In this document: positions 16,157 through 23,645 of the stretch, piece by piece
Layout of the letters: the number at the start of each line of letters is the position of its first letter
Position numbering within the stretch: position 1 is the first letter of the stretch
Assembly: GCA_021162085.1 (NCBI GenBank)
Contig: JAGGZI010000034.1
Coordinates: forward strand, 1-44,915
Length of the DNA stretch: 44,915 nt
Reading direction: 5' to 3'
From: Candidatus Aenigmatarchaeota archaeon
GTDB lineage: Archaea > Aenigmatarchaeota > Aenigmatarchaeia > PWEA01 > JAGHBM01
Notes under the pieces: generated by a model
What the model was told of the DNA's origin: nothing
Databases searched by the model: none
What the model saw: only the letters and a program-made list of their open reading frames with translations
Program-made: the position numbers and the translations under genes

Positions 16157-19100
16157 TCACTCTTTCTCGTATTTCTTTTTTAATTCTTCATACGTTTTTC
16201 TGGATATCAATCCATCTTCGTATTGGCTCTTTATCATATCCAATATATCAGAGTGCTTGCTGACACCCATTTTCTCTTCCTCTTTCATCTTTTCTATGCT
16301 CTTAATCAGTTTCATCCTGTTCTGTATGTGAGATCTTCTAATTATAAGTATTGTGACTAATGACGTAGCAACTACAACAACTATAAATACGTAAACCCAC
16401 GTGGGAACTACAAATACTATCTTCGGTGCCTTTAAAGAGGATAGTTGATAGTTAACGTCTTCAAGTGTATTCCTTGCATCGTCCAAACTCTCTGTAGCCT
16501 CAAGAAGCTTCCCCTCGTTTAGATATTTCTCGCTAACATCAACCATATTTGTCGCCTTTTCCAAAAGTCTTAGAGGATTAGAAACGTCTATGCCTTCACT
16601 TCCAATCACACCTGCCTTTTCTTCAAGGTCTTTAATTAATTCCCTTGTTTTTTCAATTCTCGCTTTCAATAACTCTTTCTTTGACTCAAAAACCTCTATT
16701 TCATATTGTTGCTCCACTAGAGCCTCATCTGATATGATCTTCAAGTTGCTGAAGTAGACACCCCTCGTCATGTTTTCTGGAATTTCAAACTTGGTTATTA
16801 AATAACCAACTGATCCTGGATCAAGTGTTTGTATCTCTTTTATGGATTCAAACCATTCTGTTGATATATTCTCAAAATAAGATGTAATGTTATGCAATGG
16901 GGTGGTTCCCGTATTTTTAATCTCAATGATTATGTATCTTATTCCGCCCCTCTCTACCATCAGTTCATCGGGCATTATGTTCAGAATTGATAATATGCCC
17001 TTGGCAGTTACCTCCTTCTTCGGAGCAACTGTAGGAGCACCATGTGGTCCTGTTGGTGGTATTGTTGTTGTGGTTGTAACTGATTTAACTACCTTAAATG
17101 TCTTGTTCGTCTGAATTGATGACTGTAAATTGGAATATGTCATTTTTACATTAAGATAATAGTCTCCAAGTGGTTGATCAGAATATATTGGCAGACTTCT
17201 CTGAAAACTCTTGTTTGTTGCAGAATCGACATACACAGCTTCTCCAGTCACAGAAGCATAAGTCTGATTACCATCAGAAACCCAATAATCCAGTGTAACG
17301 TCCTGACCAACATCTCCCATATTCTCTATGAATATTGTGAAGTTTTGACTGCCACCCCTTGGAACCTCTGACTCATAATTAGATATCACTACATCATAAG
17401 GTCCGCCAGAAGATACTCTGAACGATTTTATGTGTTCTGTTTTTCTTGTTCCCTGCCATACTGAAATATCTGACAGATAATATCCATTTGCCGTTGTTGA
17501 TGGCATTGCGTAGTCATACATATACAATACACTTGTGTCAGTTCGATTCACTATTTCAAAATTAGATTTGTCTGCTTGAAGATATAAATTCTGAGCTGGG
17601 TCAAATACCTCTAAGGTAATATTGTCTGGCTCTTGAATTGTATTTGTTGTATACAAAAGTAAATAAAATTTCATTATATTATCAGGGTACCACACAACGC
17701 TTGTTTCAAACTCGCTAGAATATCTCTCATAAACATTAAAGTTATAATCACATGTATCGTTTATTAGTATATTGCCTATATCATCATAATAAGTTGTGAA
17801 AGAGCTCAATTTATACTGTCCCAACGGAGCATCAGATGGTACCTGAAAGGTTGGTATTAAATCAAGAGTACCATTGGAATTTGTCTGATAATTTTCCTCA
17901 AATCTTTTATTGTTTTGGGAATCATACATGGTTAATGTAATGTTTGCTGATAATGGCTCACCAACACCATCAGTTACATTGTAATAAATGGAACCTGACT
18001 CACCAACAAAATAATCTTCCCATCCCGTTTTAAGATTCGTGATAAGTTTAGGATATACGTAGAATGATGATGTGGAATTGCCCATCATATTCACACCATC
18101 CTCTGCATAAACTTCTACAGTGTATTGTCCTGGCAGGGTTGTGTTCCCCCATCCGTCTGGATACTGAATCCAATACTCATATATGTTTGAATAAATTCCA
18201 ACCAATGTCATTTCTTCACTGTACTTCCTTCCACTAGGGCTTGTCACATTTGCGGTTGCCCACGCTATTCCAGTACCAGACAAATCTGTAACATTGGCAT
18301 AGATATTCAAAGAACCAAACTCTTCGGTAACATTTGGCTGAAGTGATATGTTTATAGATGGATGAGCATAAGGCTCAAGATATATTTTTAGTTCTTGGGT
18401 TTGGGGTGATGCAACTTGCACAGCCTGAACAACATACGTAGAATTATAATATCCCTTCGGTGAACCTGTTACATTCCACCATACAGAGAATGTATAATTT
18501 CCTTGCTTCTCAATAGTAAAATTGGTTACATTGACGTAAGTATGATTTGCCTCAGATGGTGATATTGTGAAATTTATCTCACTGTTTCCTGTATTTTTTA
18601 TGATAACATCTGTAACCTTACCTTCATCTTGATATGTTGGCTGTACCTTGGACTTGGGATTCATTGTCCATGTTCTGCTGATGGGAACTGAAACATTTAG
18701 AGTTAAAGTATCCCATCCATCGTTATATGAAGAAACGTTCAATATTCCTGTGTAGTTACCTGGATCGTAACCCAACGGAACAGAAACATTCACATTAATT
18801 GTTTGGTTCTCTCCCGCAGACAAGATTGTTGGTGACGATATGAATTCAAATGAGAAATCAGAAAGATTGTAAACATTATATTCAATTCCTGTGACAACGT
18901 CATTTCCTATACTCCTTAATGTGAAATTACCCAATGTTGATTCTTTTCCGTGTTCTGCTGAGCCATAAATATAACTTTTGTCTATTGATATCATAGGATT
19001 GGACTCGACTGCCACATTAATACTTGTCTGATTTGAATTTGTCCCTATGCCTGGATTGAGCCACTCTGTTGTAGCGTTGAATTGATAATCCCCTGGTGTT

Positions 19101-21895
19101 GTTCTCTTAATTGAAATTAAAAATGGCTTTGAGCACGTATCGCCTGCGCTAACATTACCACAGAATACTTTGTTATTTGTGTAATTTGAAATCCAGTATT
19201 GTGGTAGGTTTAGAGTTACATTTACATCGAAGGCAGTTACATTACCTATATTTGTAGTATTTATAACTACCGTAAAATTCTGATAATCATACCATGTTAT
19301 ATTGTCGGCGATGAAGCTTTTTGGCTCTGATTCTATGCTCATATTGGTCTCTGGAACAATTATCTCCAATGTCAGGTTATCCCATCCGTCGTTGGATGTA
19401 GTAACGTTCAGATTCCCATAAAATATTCCTCTTGGATGGTTAGAGGGAACAAAAACTGATATCTGAACAGATCGGTTACTGTTCATCCCAAGAGACGATA
19501 TGTTCTCTGGTATGAAACTGAAGGACATGTCATTGAGTCCGGTCACATTGAACTTCACATTTGTTATATTATCGTTACCAATTGACATCACAGTGAAGTT
19601 ACCGACAACCTCAGTTTGTCCGGTAGGAACGAACTTTGAGAGAAAATCTTCTGGAATGTTAACCAATGGATTTGATGTCACGGTGACATTTAAACTTCCA
19701 TAACTTGTATTATATGTTTCACCAGGATTCTTCCACTTTACCGTGGCATTGATCACATAATTTCCAGGTGGTGTTGCCTTTGGTATAGTTATCATAAAAG
19801 GTTTTGAAGCAGAATCCCCTATGTATATATTTCCAAGGTTCTCAAACGTTGAGTTTGCAGACCACCGGGGGAGTAATGATAAAGTTACATTAGCGTCGTA
19901 AGCCGTGCCATTCCCTATATTCGTGGCATTAACAACGGCTTCAAATGATTGATTTTGATAAAGTGTTATGTTACCGGCTGTAAATCCGTTGACAGCGAAA
20001 GTAAAATTTACACTTATGTTCGTTTTAACATCCTCTGTGCTGAATATGTCGGTATCCCACCCATGACTTCCTGTTTTTTCTGCAGTGCAGTTCAAGACAA
20101 ATGTACCATAATAGGACGGTGCCGTAAAACTTAATGAATACGTACCATTACCATAATCTGTATAATTATCAACATAAGTGGAGTCCCAAGAACAATTCAA
20201 AGATGCATTGGCAATCCATTCATCCTGCCTGTAATTTTTAACCAATATAGTTGCATTGACTACTCTTCCAACAAGGCCAGACGGATTTAAGATTGTTGTA
20301 TTAACAAAGTATTCATCGGTCAAATTGAATGATGCACTGCTTGAATTAAGTAAATATCCCCCGCTGTCGTATGCCCTTGTAGTTACGTTCCACACCCCTG
20401 TTGTATACGATGATGTGAAGTTGAAATAATTTGAAAAAACCTTATCCCCTGCTACATCATCACCGTGTGATGGATTACCATCATCGTAAAGTATTATAGT
20501 TTCATCATCTCCTGTATTTGCAGTTCCCATGTTAAGTGTAGCATTTACATAACTAACCAAGTCACCGGGATCATATGTTACATTTACTGTCATTTTGGCC
20601 GACTCACCTCTATTGTAAGTATTGTGATCTGTGTTTGTTTTTGTTATTACACTCCACCTTTCCGGTGATTGTTGAGAAATGATGACAGGATTCAATAATC
20701 TATCCCTTAAATCCTTAACCTGAGTATCCGATGGTGTACCTCCTATGCTTGCTGGACTATTAAAATGAAGTACTGCCTTATCCCATATTGATTCATTGGG
20801 TTGTACAGTCGTTGAGTTAAGCTCTATTCCCATTCTCTCGTAAGTGCTGTTTCTATCGGCTGCCCAGAAAATTGAAGATGAATTCACATTTATCAAACCA
20901 ACATGAGAACTTGCAAATGTTGAAGCAAACCATTGCCACGAACCTGGTTCTGTTGAATTACCCGATGAAGTCCATGCCAATCCCGCCCTAACGACATCCA
21001 TGGCTAAGGCACCTGCTCCTGTAGAATTTCTTGTTATAGGATAATTTGCTTCATTAGTAAAATTCTGCTCCACAACTATCCATTGCTTTTTCCTGTAGAA
21101 TATGTACTTCTTTTCTATTCTTCCCTCGGTTATGTTTTCGGTATGGTTCCATATGGTTTCGTTTCCTACCTGCTCAACCACTATCCTTACAGGACCCACA
21201 TATTTGAAAATTGCGCTTCCATTCAAATCAAAAGAAAAATTATAGGTGCCGTTTGAGTATTGCATGTATTCTATTGTTCTTTCATTTGAGCCAGGTATTG
21301 AGAATATGTCATTGCCCTCGTAGTCAACAACCTCATACAAACCTGACGTGTCTTCCCCTCTTGATGTATCTACATACCAGCTCAAATATGTGTTGTTTAC
21401 ATTGAATTCTTTTCCATTCCAGAAATAGGAAAGGTTCGTTGGATACGATGCACCTTGCTTTTGTCTGTCTATGGTATCGAAATATATGTAATAATATCTC
21501 TTTGTATTACTGGGTGTCGTTCCGTTCATAAGGAAAACTACCTTGCCCACAGCATTGTTTGAAGCGTTAAAATTGTCTGCCTCATCAAATTGACTCGGAA
21601 CTTCATATAGGAGACTCCCTGATGAATTATACTCAAAAACCCTTGTAGAGTTTTCGTCAAAATCATCAGAAACGTTGAGATTCTCCAGTATTGACGTGAA
21701 GTTTATGTTATATTCTATTGGCCAGTCTTCTCTATCGTAACTGGTAGAATTAATCTCTATTGGAATTCTGTAGTACCATGTAGAATTCCACCACTCTGCC
21801 GCTAAGGCGTTGCTCTGTAAGTTCAAAAATACTAATAATCCTATAAAAATGGAGATACTAAAACCTATTAAATTTCTTCTTGTCATATCAATCAT
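16157..21895 (-). CDS. Giant (1,912 aa) secreted/anchored surface protein, paralogous to the central and C-terminal modules of the 13-kb gene; DUF2341-like N-terminus, CARDB-like repeats, Thr-rich linker, TM helix, SHOCT-like cytoplasmic tail
   Basis: The signal/anchor is MIDMTRRNLIGFSISIFIGLLVFLNLQSNALA, followed by WWNSTWYYRIPIEI (a DUF2341-type opening). It is rich in sequons. Repeated NIGNGTAYDANVTL / NIGNVTAFDVNVTL and SNPLVNI / SNPMISI modules match those of the first giant gene. The C-terminus has VTTTTTIPP, the TM IVFVVPTWVYVFIVVVVATSLVTILII (16340-16420) and the tail ...YEDGLISRKTYEELKKKY. Confidence 0.85.
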   Translation of the reverse strand: MIDMTRRNLIGFSISIFIGLLVFLNLQSNALAAEWWNSTWYYRIPIEINSTSYDREDWPIEYNINFTSILENLNVSDDFDENSTRVFEYNSSGSLLYEVPSQFDEADNFNASNNAVGKVVFLMNGTTPSNTKRYYYIYFDTIDRQKQGASYPTNLSYFWNGKEFNVNNTYLSWYVDTSRGEDTSGLYEVVDYEGNDIFSIPGSNERTIEYMQYSNGTYNFSFDLNGSAIFKYVGPVRIVVEQVGNETIWNHTENITEGRIEKKYIFYRKKQWIVVEQNFTNEANYPITRNSTGAGALAMDVVRAGLAWTSSGNSTEPGSWQWFASTFASSHVGLINVNSSSIFWAADRNSTYERMGIELNSTTVQPNESIWDKAVLHFNSPASIGGTPSDTQVKDLRDRLLNPVIISQQSPERWSVITKTNTDHNTYNRGESAKMTVNVTYDPGDLVSYVNATLNMGTANTGDDETIILYDDGNPSHGDDVAGDKVFSNYFNFTSSYTTGVWNVTTRAYDSGGYLLNSSSASFNLTDEYFVNTTILNPSGLVGRVVNATILVKNYRQDEWIANASLNCSWDSTYVDNYTDYGNGTYSLSFTAPSYYGTFVLNCTAEKTGSHGWDTDIFSTEDVKTNISVNFTFAVNGFTAGNITLYQNQSFEAVVNATNIGNGTAYDANVTLSLLPRWSANSTFENLGNIYIGDSASKPFMITIPKATPPGNYVINATVKWKNPGETYNTSYGSLNVTVTSNPLVNIPEDFLSKFVPTGQTEVVGNFTVMSIGNDNITNVKFNVTGLNDMSFSFIPENISSLGMNSNRSVQISVFVPSNHPRGIFYGNLNVTTSNDGWDNLTLEIIVPETNMSIESEPKSFIADNITWYDYQNFTVVINTTNIGNVTAFDVNVTLNLPQYWISNYTNNKVFCGNVSAGDTCSKPFLISIKRTTPGDYQFNATTEWLNPGIGTNSNQTSINVAVESNPMISIDKSYIYGSAEHGKESTLGNFTLRSIGNDVVTGIEYNVYNLSDFSFEFISSPTILSAGENQTINVNVSVPLGYDPGNYTGILNVSSYNDGWDTLTLNVSVPISRTWTMNPKSKVQPTYQDEGKVTDVIIKNTGNSEINFTISPSEANHTYVNVTNFTIEKQGNYTFSVWWNVTGSPKGYYNSTYVVQAVQVASPQTQELKIYLEPYAHPSINISLQPNVTEEFGSLNIYANVTDLSGTGIAWATANVTSPSGRKYSEEMTLVGIYSNIYEYWIQYPDGWGNTTLPGQYTVEVYAEDGVNMMGNSTSSFYVYPKLITNLKTGWEDYFVGESGSIYYNVTDGVGEPLSANITLTMYDSQNNKRFEENYQTNSNGTLDLIPTFQVPSDAPLGQYKLSSFTTYYDDIGNILINDTCDYNFNVYERYSSEFETSVVWYPDNIMKFYLLLYTTNTIQEPDNITLEVFDPAQNLYLQADKSNFEIVNRTDTSVLYMYDYAMPSTTANGYYLSDISVWQGTRKTEHIKSFRVSSGGPYDVVISNYESEVPRGGSQNFTIFIENMGDVGQDVTLDYWVSDGNQTYASVTGEAVYVDSATNKSFQRSLPIYSDQPLGDYYLNVKMTYSNLQSSIQTNKTFKVVKSVTTTTTIPPTGPHGAPTVAPKKEVTAKGILSILNIMPDELMVERGGIRYIIIEIKNTGTTPLHNITSYFENISTEWFESIKEIQTLDPGSVGYLITKFEIPENMTRGVYFSNLKIISDEALVEQQYEIEVFESKKELLKARIEKTRELIKDLEEKAGVIGSEGIDVSNPLRLLEKATNMVDVSEKYLNEGKLLEATESLDDARNTLEDVNYQLSSLKAPKIVFVVPTWVYVFIVVVVATSLVTILIIRRSHIQNRMKLIKSIEKMKEEEKMGVSKHSDILDMIKSQYEDGLISRKTYEELKKKYEKE

Positions 21896-21923
21896 TTGGG
21901 GGTGTTACTAAGTAAATGGTGTT

Positions 21924-21941
21924 AAAATAAATATATAAAAT
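21924..21941 (-). promoter_or_regulatory. Candidate TATA box for the 1,912-aa gene
   Basis: The minus strand reads TTTTATATATTTATTTT about 30-45 nt upstream of the ATG at 21895. No SD is present, which is compatible with a short or absent leader. Confidence 0.35.
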
Positions 21942-21970
21942 TTCCCTATAAGAAGGCTTTAAAAATAATT

Positions 21971-22537
21971 CTACGAAAGATTGGTGATTGAATTGCGTAT
22001 CAGCTCTTCAGTGCTTTTCTTTAATTCGCCCAAGGTACCCTCATTTATTATTATGAAATCTGCCATAGCTATTGGTCCTCCAGTATGTAAATTCTCTATC
22101 TGGCTGTAATCCCTATTCTCTGACTCAGTAAAACTCAGTGGTCTAACATTCCTTATTGAAAGTCTTGAATATCTTGTTTTAGGTGAGGCATAAACAGCAA
22201 CAACTCTGAATCTATCTCTATATTTTTTTCTTAAAATTTTGTACTCTCCCCAGGAATACATACTCTCGACTACGACATTACCCCTTTCTAAAAATTCCTC
22301 AATTTTTGGTATTGATAACTTTGCCATAATTCCCATACCACCCTCTTCTCTCATCTTCTCCCTTATGAGCCTCTCGTTTTTCTCATTAACTTCTAAACCC
22401 TCTTTCTTCAATCTATCGAATACCGGTTCGCCAAAATAAACCCGATAGAATCCTTGCTCTTCGAACACTCTCACAACTTCGCTCTTTCCAGAACCAGGCA
22501 TTCCTACAACTGCAACTACAATACCCATTACAATCAT
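21971..22537 (-). CDS. P-loop nucleotide/dephospho-CoA-kinase-like protein (UPF0200 family)
   Basis: The sequence MIVMGIVVAVVGMPGSGKSEVVRVFEEQGF... contains Walker A GMPGSGKS, and size and layout match archaeal UPF0200 proteins. I moved the start from 22564 to the Met at 22537 because 22545-22564 is the 3' end of tRNA-Leu. Confidence 0.7.
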   Translation of the reverse strand: MIVMGIVVAVVGMPGSGKSEVVRVFEEQGFYRVYFGEPVFDRLKKEGLEVNEKNERLIREKMREEGGMGIMAKLSIPKIEEFLERGNVVVESMYSWGEYKILRKKYRDRFRVVAVYASPKTRYSRLSIRNVRPLSFTESENRDYSQIENLHTGGPIAMADFIIINEGTLGELKKSTEELIRNSITNLS

Positions 22538-22544
22538 CTTAATA

Positions 22545-22869
22545 TGGTGCGGGGGGTGAGACATCCGACATAGGTTTCGAATTCATGAACCCATTTTCTT
22601 TTTTTCACTGCTTGAATTAAAGTTTATTTTGAACGTAAACGCCTTTTTTGTGAAAGAAAAGGGGTTTCTCACGAAGGACCTACGTCCACAGGATTTCTCA
22701 AAATTTCTTATTTCATAGTTCCATTGGAACTCAACACTTAAGTCAAAAACTTAAGTCCTGCCCCTTTGGCCATTCCCAGAACCTTTCCATTTTCACAAAT
22801 TGGACTGAAGTTTTCTTTCCTAAAGTCCCTTTCTTTTGTGAAAAGAAAGGCTTTCTTGGGTACCCCCGC
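22545..22869 (-). tRNA. tRNA-Leu(UAA) with apparently four introns, CCA encoded
   Basis: Exons (minus strand): 22869-22855, 22772-22750, 22694-22668, 22633-22628, 22561-22545. Introns: 82 nt (D-loop, AG|TGG), 55 nt (37/38), 34 nt (53/54) and 66 nt (59/60). The spliced product is 88 nt. Stems: acceptor GCGGGGG/CCCCCGC, anticodon stem CAGGA/TCCTG with loop CTTAAGA, long variable arm TGGACGTAGGTCCTTC, T arm GTGAG-TTCAAAT-CTCAC. Exact splice junctions are ambiguous by 1-2 nt. Confidence 0.8.
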
Positions 22870-22898
22870 ATATGATAATAATTAATGTCAAACAGAAA

Positions 22899-22907
22899 TT
22901 TATAAAG
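22899..22907 (-). promoter_or_regulatory. TATA box for tRNA-Leu
   Basis: CTTTATAAA on the minus strand lies 30-38 nt upstream of the tRNA 5' G (22869). Confidence 0.5.
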
Positions 22908-22913
22908 ATTGTG

Positions 22914-22958
22914 ATTAAAAAAAGAAAGAGAAAGAAAGAGACCATCCTAAAGGTCTCT
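22914..22958 (-). terminator. Stem-loop plus oligo-T tract downstream of the small histone-fold gene
   Basis: The AGAGACC...GGTCTCT hairpin spans the stop codon. It is followed on the minus strand by CTTTCTTTCTCTTTCTTTTTTT, an archaeal oligo-T type terminator. Confidence 0.4.
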
Positions 22959-23114
22959 TGCTTGAATGGTTTTTCTTCCATTTGCTTTTGCTCTTTCAGC
23001 TGCTTTTTTAACTAAAGCTCTTACTTCAGCATCCAAAGCATCATAGAAATCAGCACTTACGTTGTTTGATTTTTTTACTAGGTCCTTTACAGCATTCTTT
23101 ACTATCAATGCCAT
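22947..23114 (-). CDS. 55-aa histone-fold-like small protein (DUF1931-like); absent from the supplied ORF track
   Basis: My own translation is MALIVKNAVKDLVKKSNNVSADFYDALDAEVRALVKKAAERAKANGRKTIQARDL*. GGAGGTG lies 6 nt upstream of the ATG. The C-terminal A.ANGRKTI.ARDL resembles the histone-fold/DUF1931 signature (HAGRKTV..EDI). Confidence 0.6.
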   Translation of the reverse strand: MALIVKNAVKDLVKKSNNVSADFYDALDAEVRALVKKAAERAKANGRKTIQARDL

Positions 23115-23242
23115 CTTTCACACCTCCACTATTTTAGGCTTTTGGCCCTTTCTATGATAGTTATTAAAACTTCCAAATATAAAGGTTTCGGAGCCATTTA
23201 AATAGAAATTAGCTAATTCTGCTTTTCATAATAAAATAAAAA

Positions 23243-23595
23243 TGGTGCTCCCGCCGGGACTTTCACTAACCCGCAAGGAACCTACGGTTCCTTTCAGTTT
23301 TACGATATTCCTGATATCTTCCCTTCCTTTAAAAATATCAGGAAAACTTGGAGAGTTTTCCAAGTTTTTGGGAATACAAGACCTTTTTTGAAAAAGGGCT
23401 TGTTTTTGAACCCGGGTCTTCGGCTGTCTTCTATCACTGAACCAAAAGTTCTCAACCCTTTCGATTCTAATCGAAAGGCCGACATCCTTGGCCATTGCCC
23501 AAACCTTTCTTTTCTTTCGCCAACTTCAAGGAAGTTTTTCTTTTCCTGAAGGCTTTCTTTTTGTGAAAAAGAAAGGCTTCCTAGACTACGGGAGC
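23243..23595 (-). tRNA. tRNA-Glu(UUC) with three introns, CCA encoded
   Basis: Exons: 23595-23581, 23494-23472, 23425-23405, 23259-23243. Introns: 86 nt (D-loop, AG|TGG), 46 nt (37/38) and 145 nt (T-loop, 59/60). The spliced product is exactly 76 nt. Stems: acceptor GCTCCCG/CGGGAGC, anticodon stem TCGGC/GCCGA with loop CTTTCGA, T arm CCGGG-TTCAAAT-CCCGG. Confidence 0.85.
23256..23324 (-). repeat. Copy A of a 69-nt conserved element (3' part of the T-loop intron plus first 4 exon nt) in tRNA-Glu
   Basis: Plus strand reads gggactttcacTaacccgcaaggaacctacggttcctttcagttttacgatattcctgatatcttccct. It matches 26229-26297 at 68 of 69 positions. Confidence 0.9.
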
Positions 23596-23645
23596 GTATT
23601 TAAATTTCTTTTCGTACAACTCTTTTCTTTCTAAGAAAAGGTTGT

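Noticed and set aside
22538-22564. N-terminal extension MSHPPHHIK of the UPF0200-like CDS.
   Set aside because: These codons are the T-stem, acceptor stem and CCA of tRNA-Leu. An internal Met directly precedes the conserved P-loop.
23260-23404. A possible intron-encoded C/D-box sRNA in the conserved T-loop intron block, as in some archaeal tRNA-Trp introns.
   Set aside because: CTGA (D-like) and GTGA elements are present, but I find no RUGAUGA C box or C'/D' arrangement in either copy.
23226-23495. ORFs 23226-23495 and 23300-23485 (minus strand, 89 and 61 aa).
   Set aside because: They lie entirely inside tRNA-Glu, covering its exons plus the anticodon and T-loop introns. They have no SD and no recognisable protein features, so they are read-through of structured RNA.
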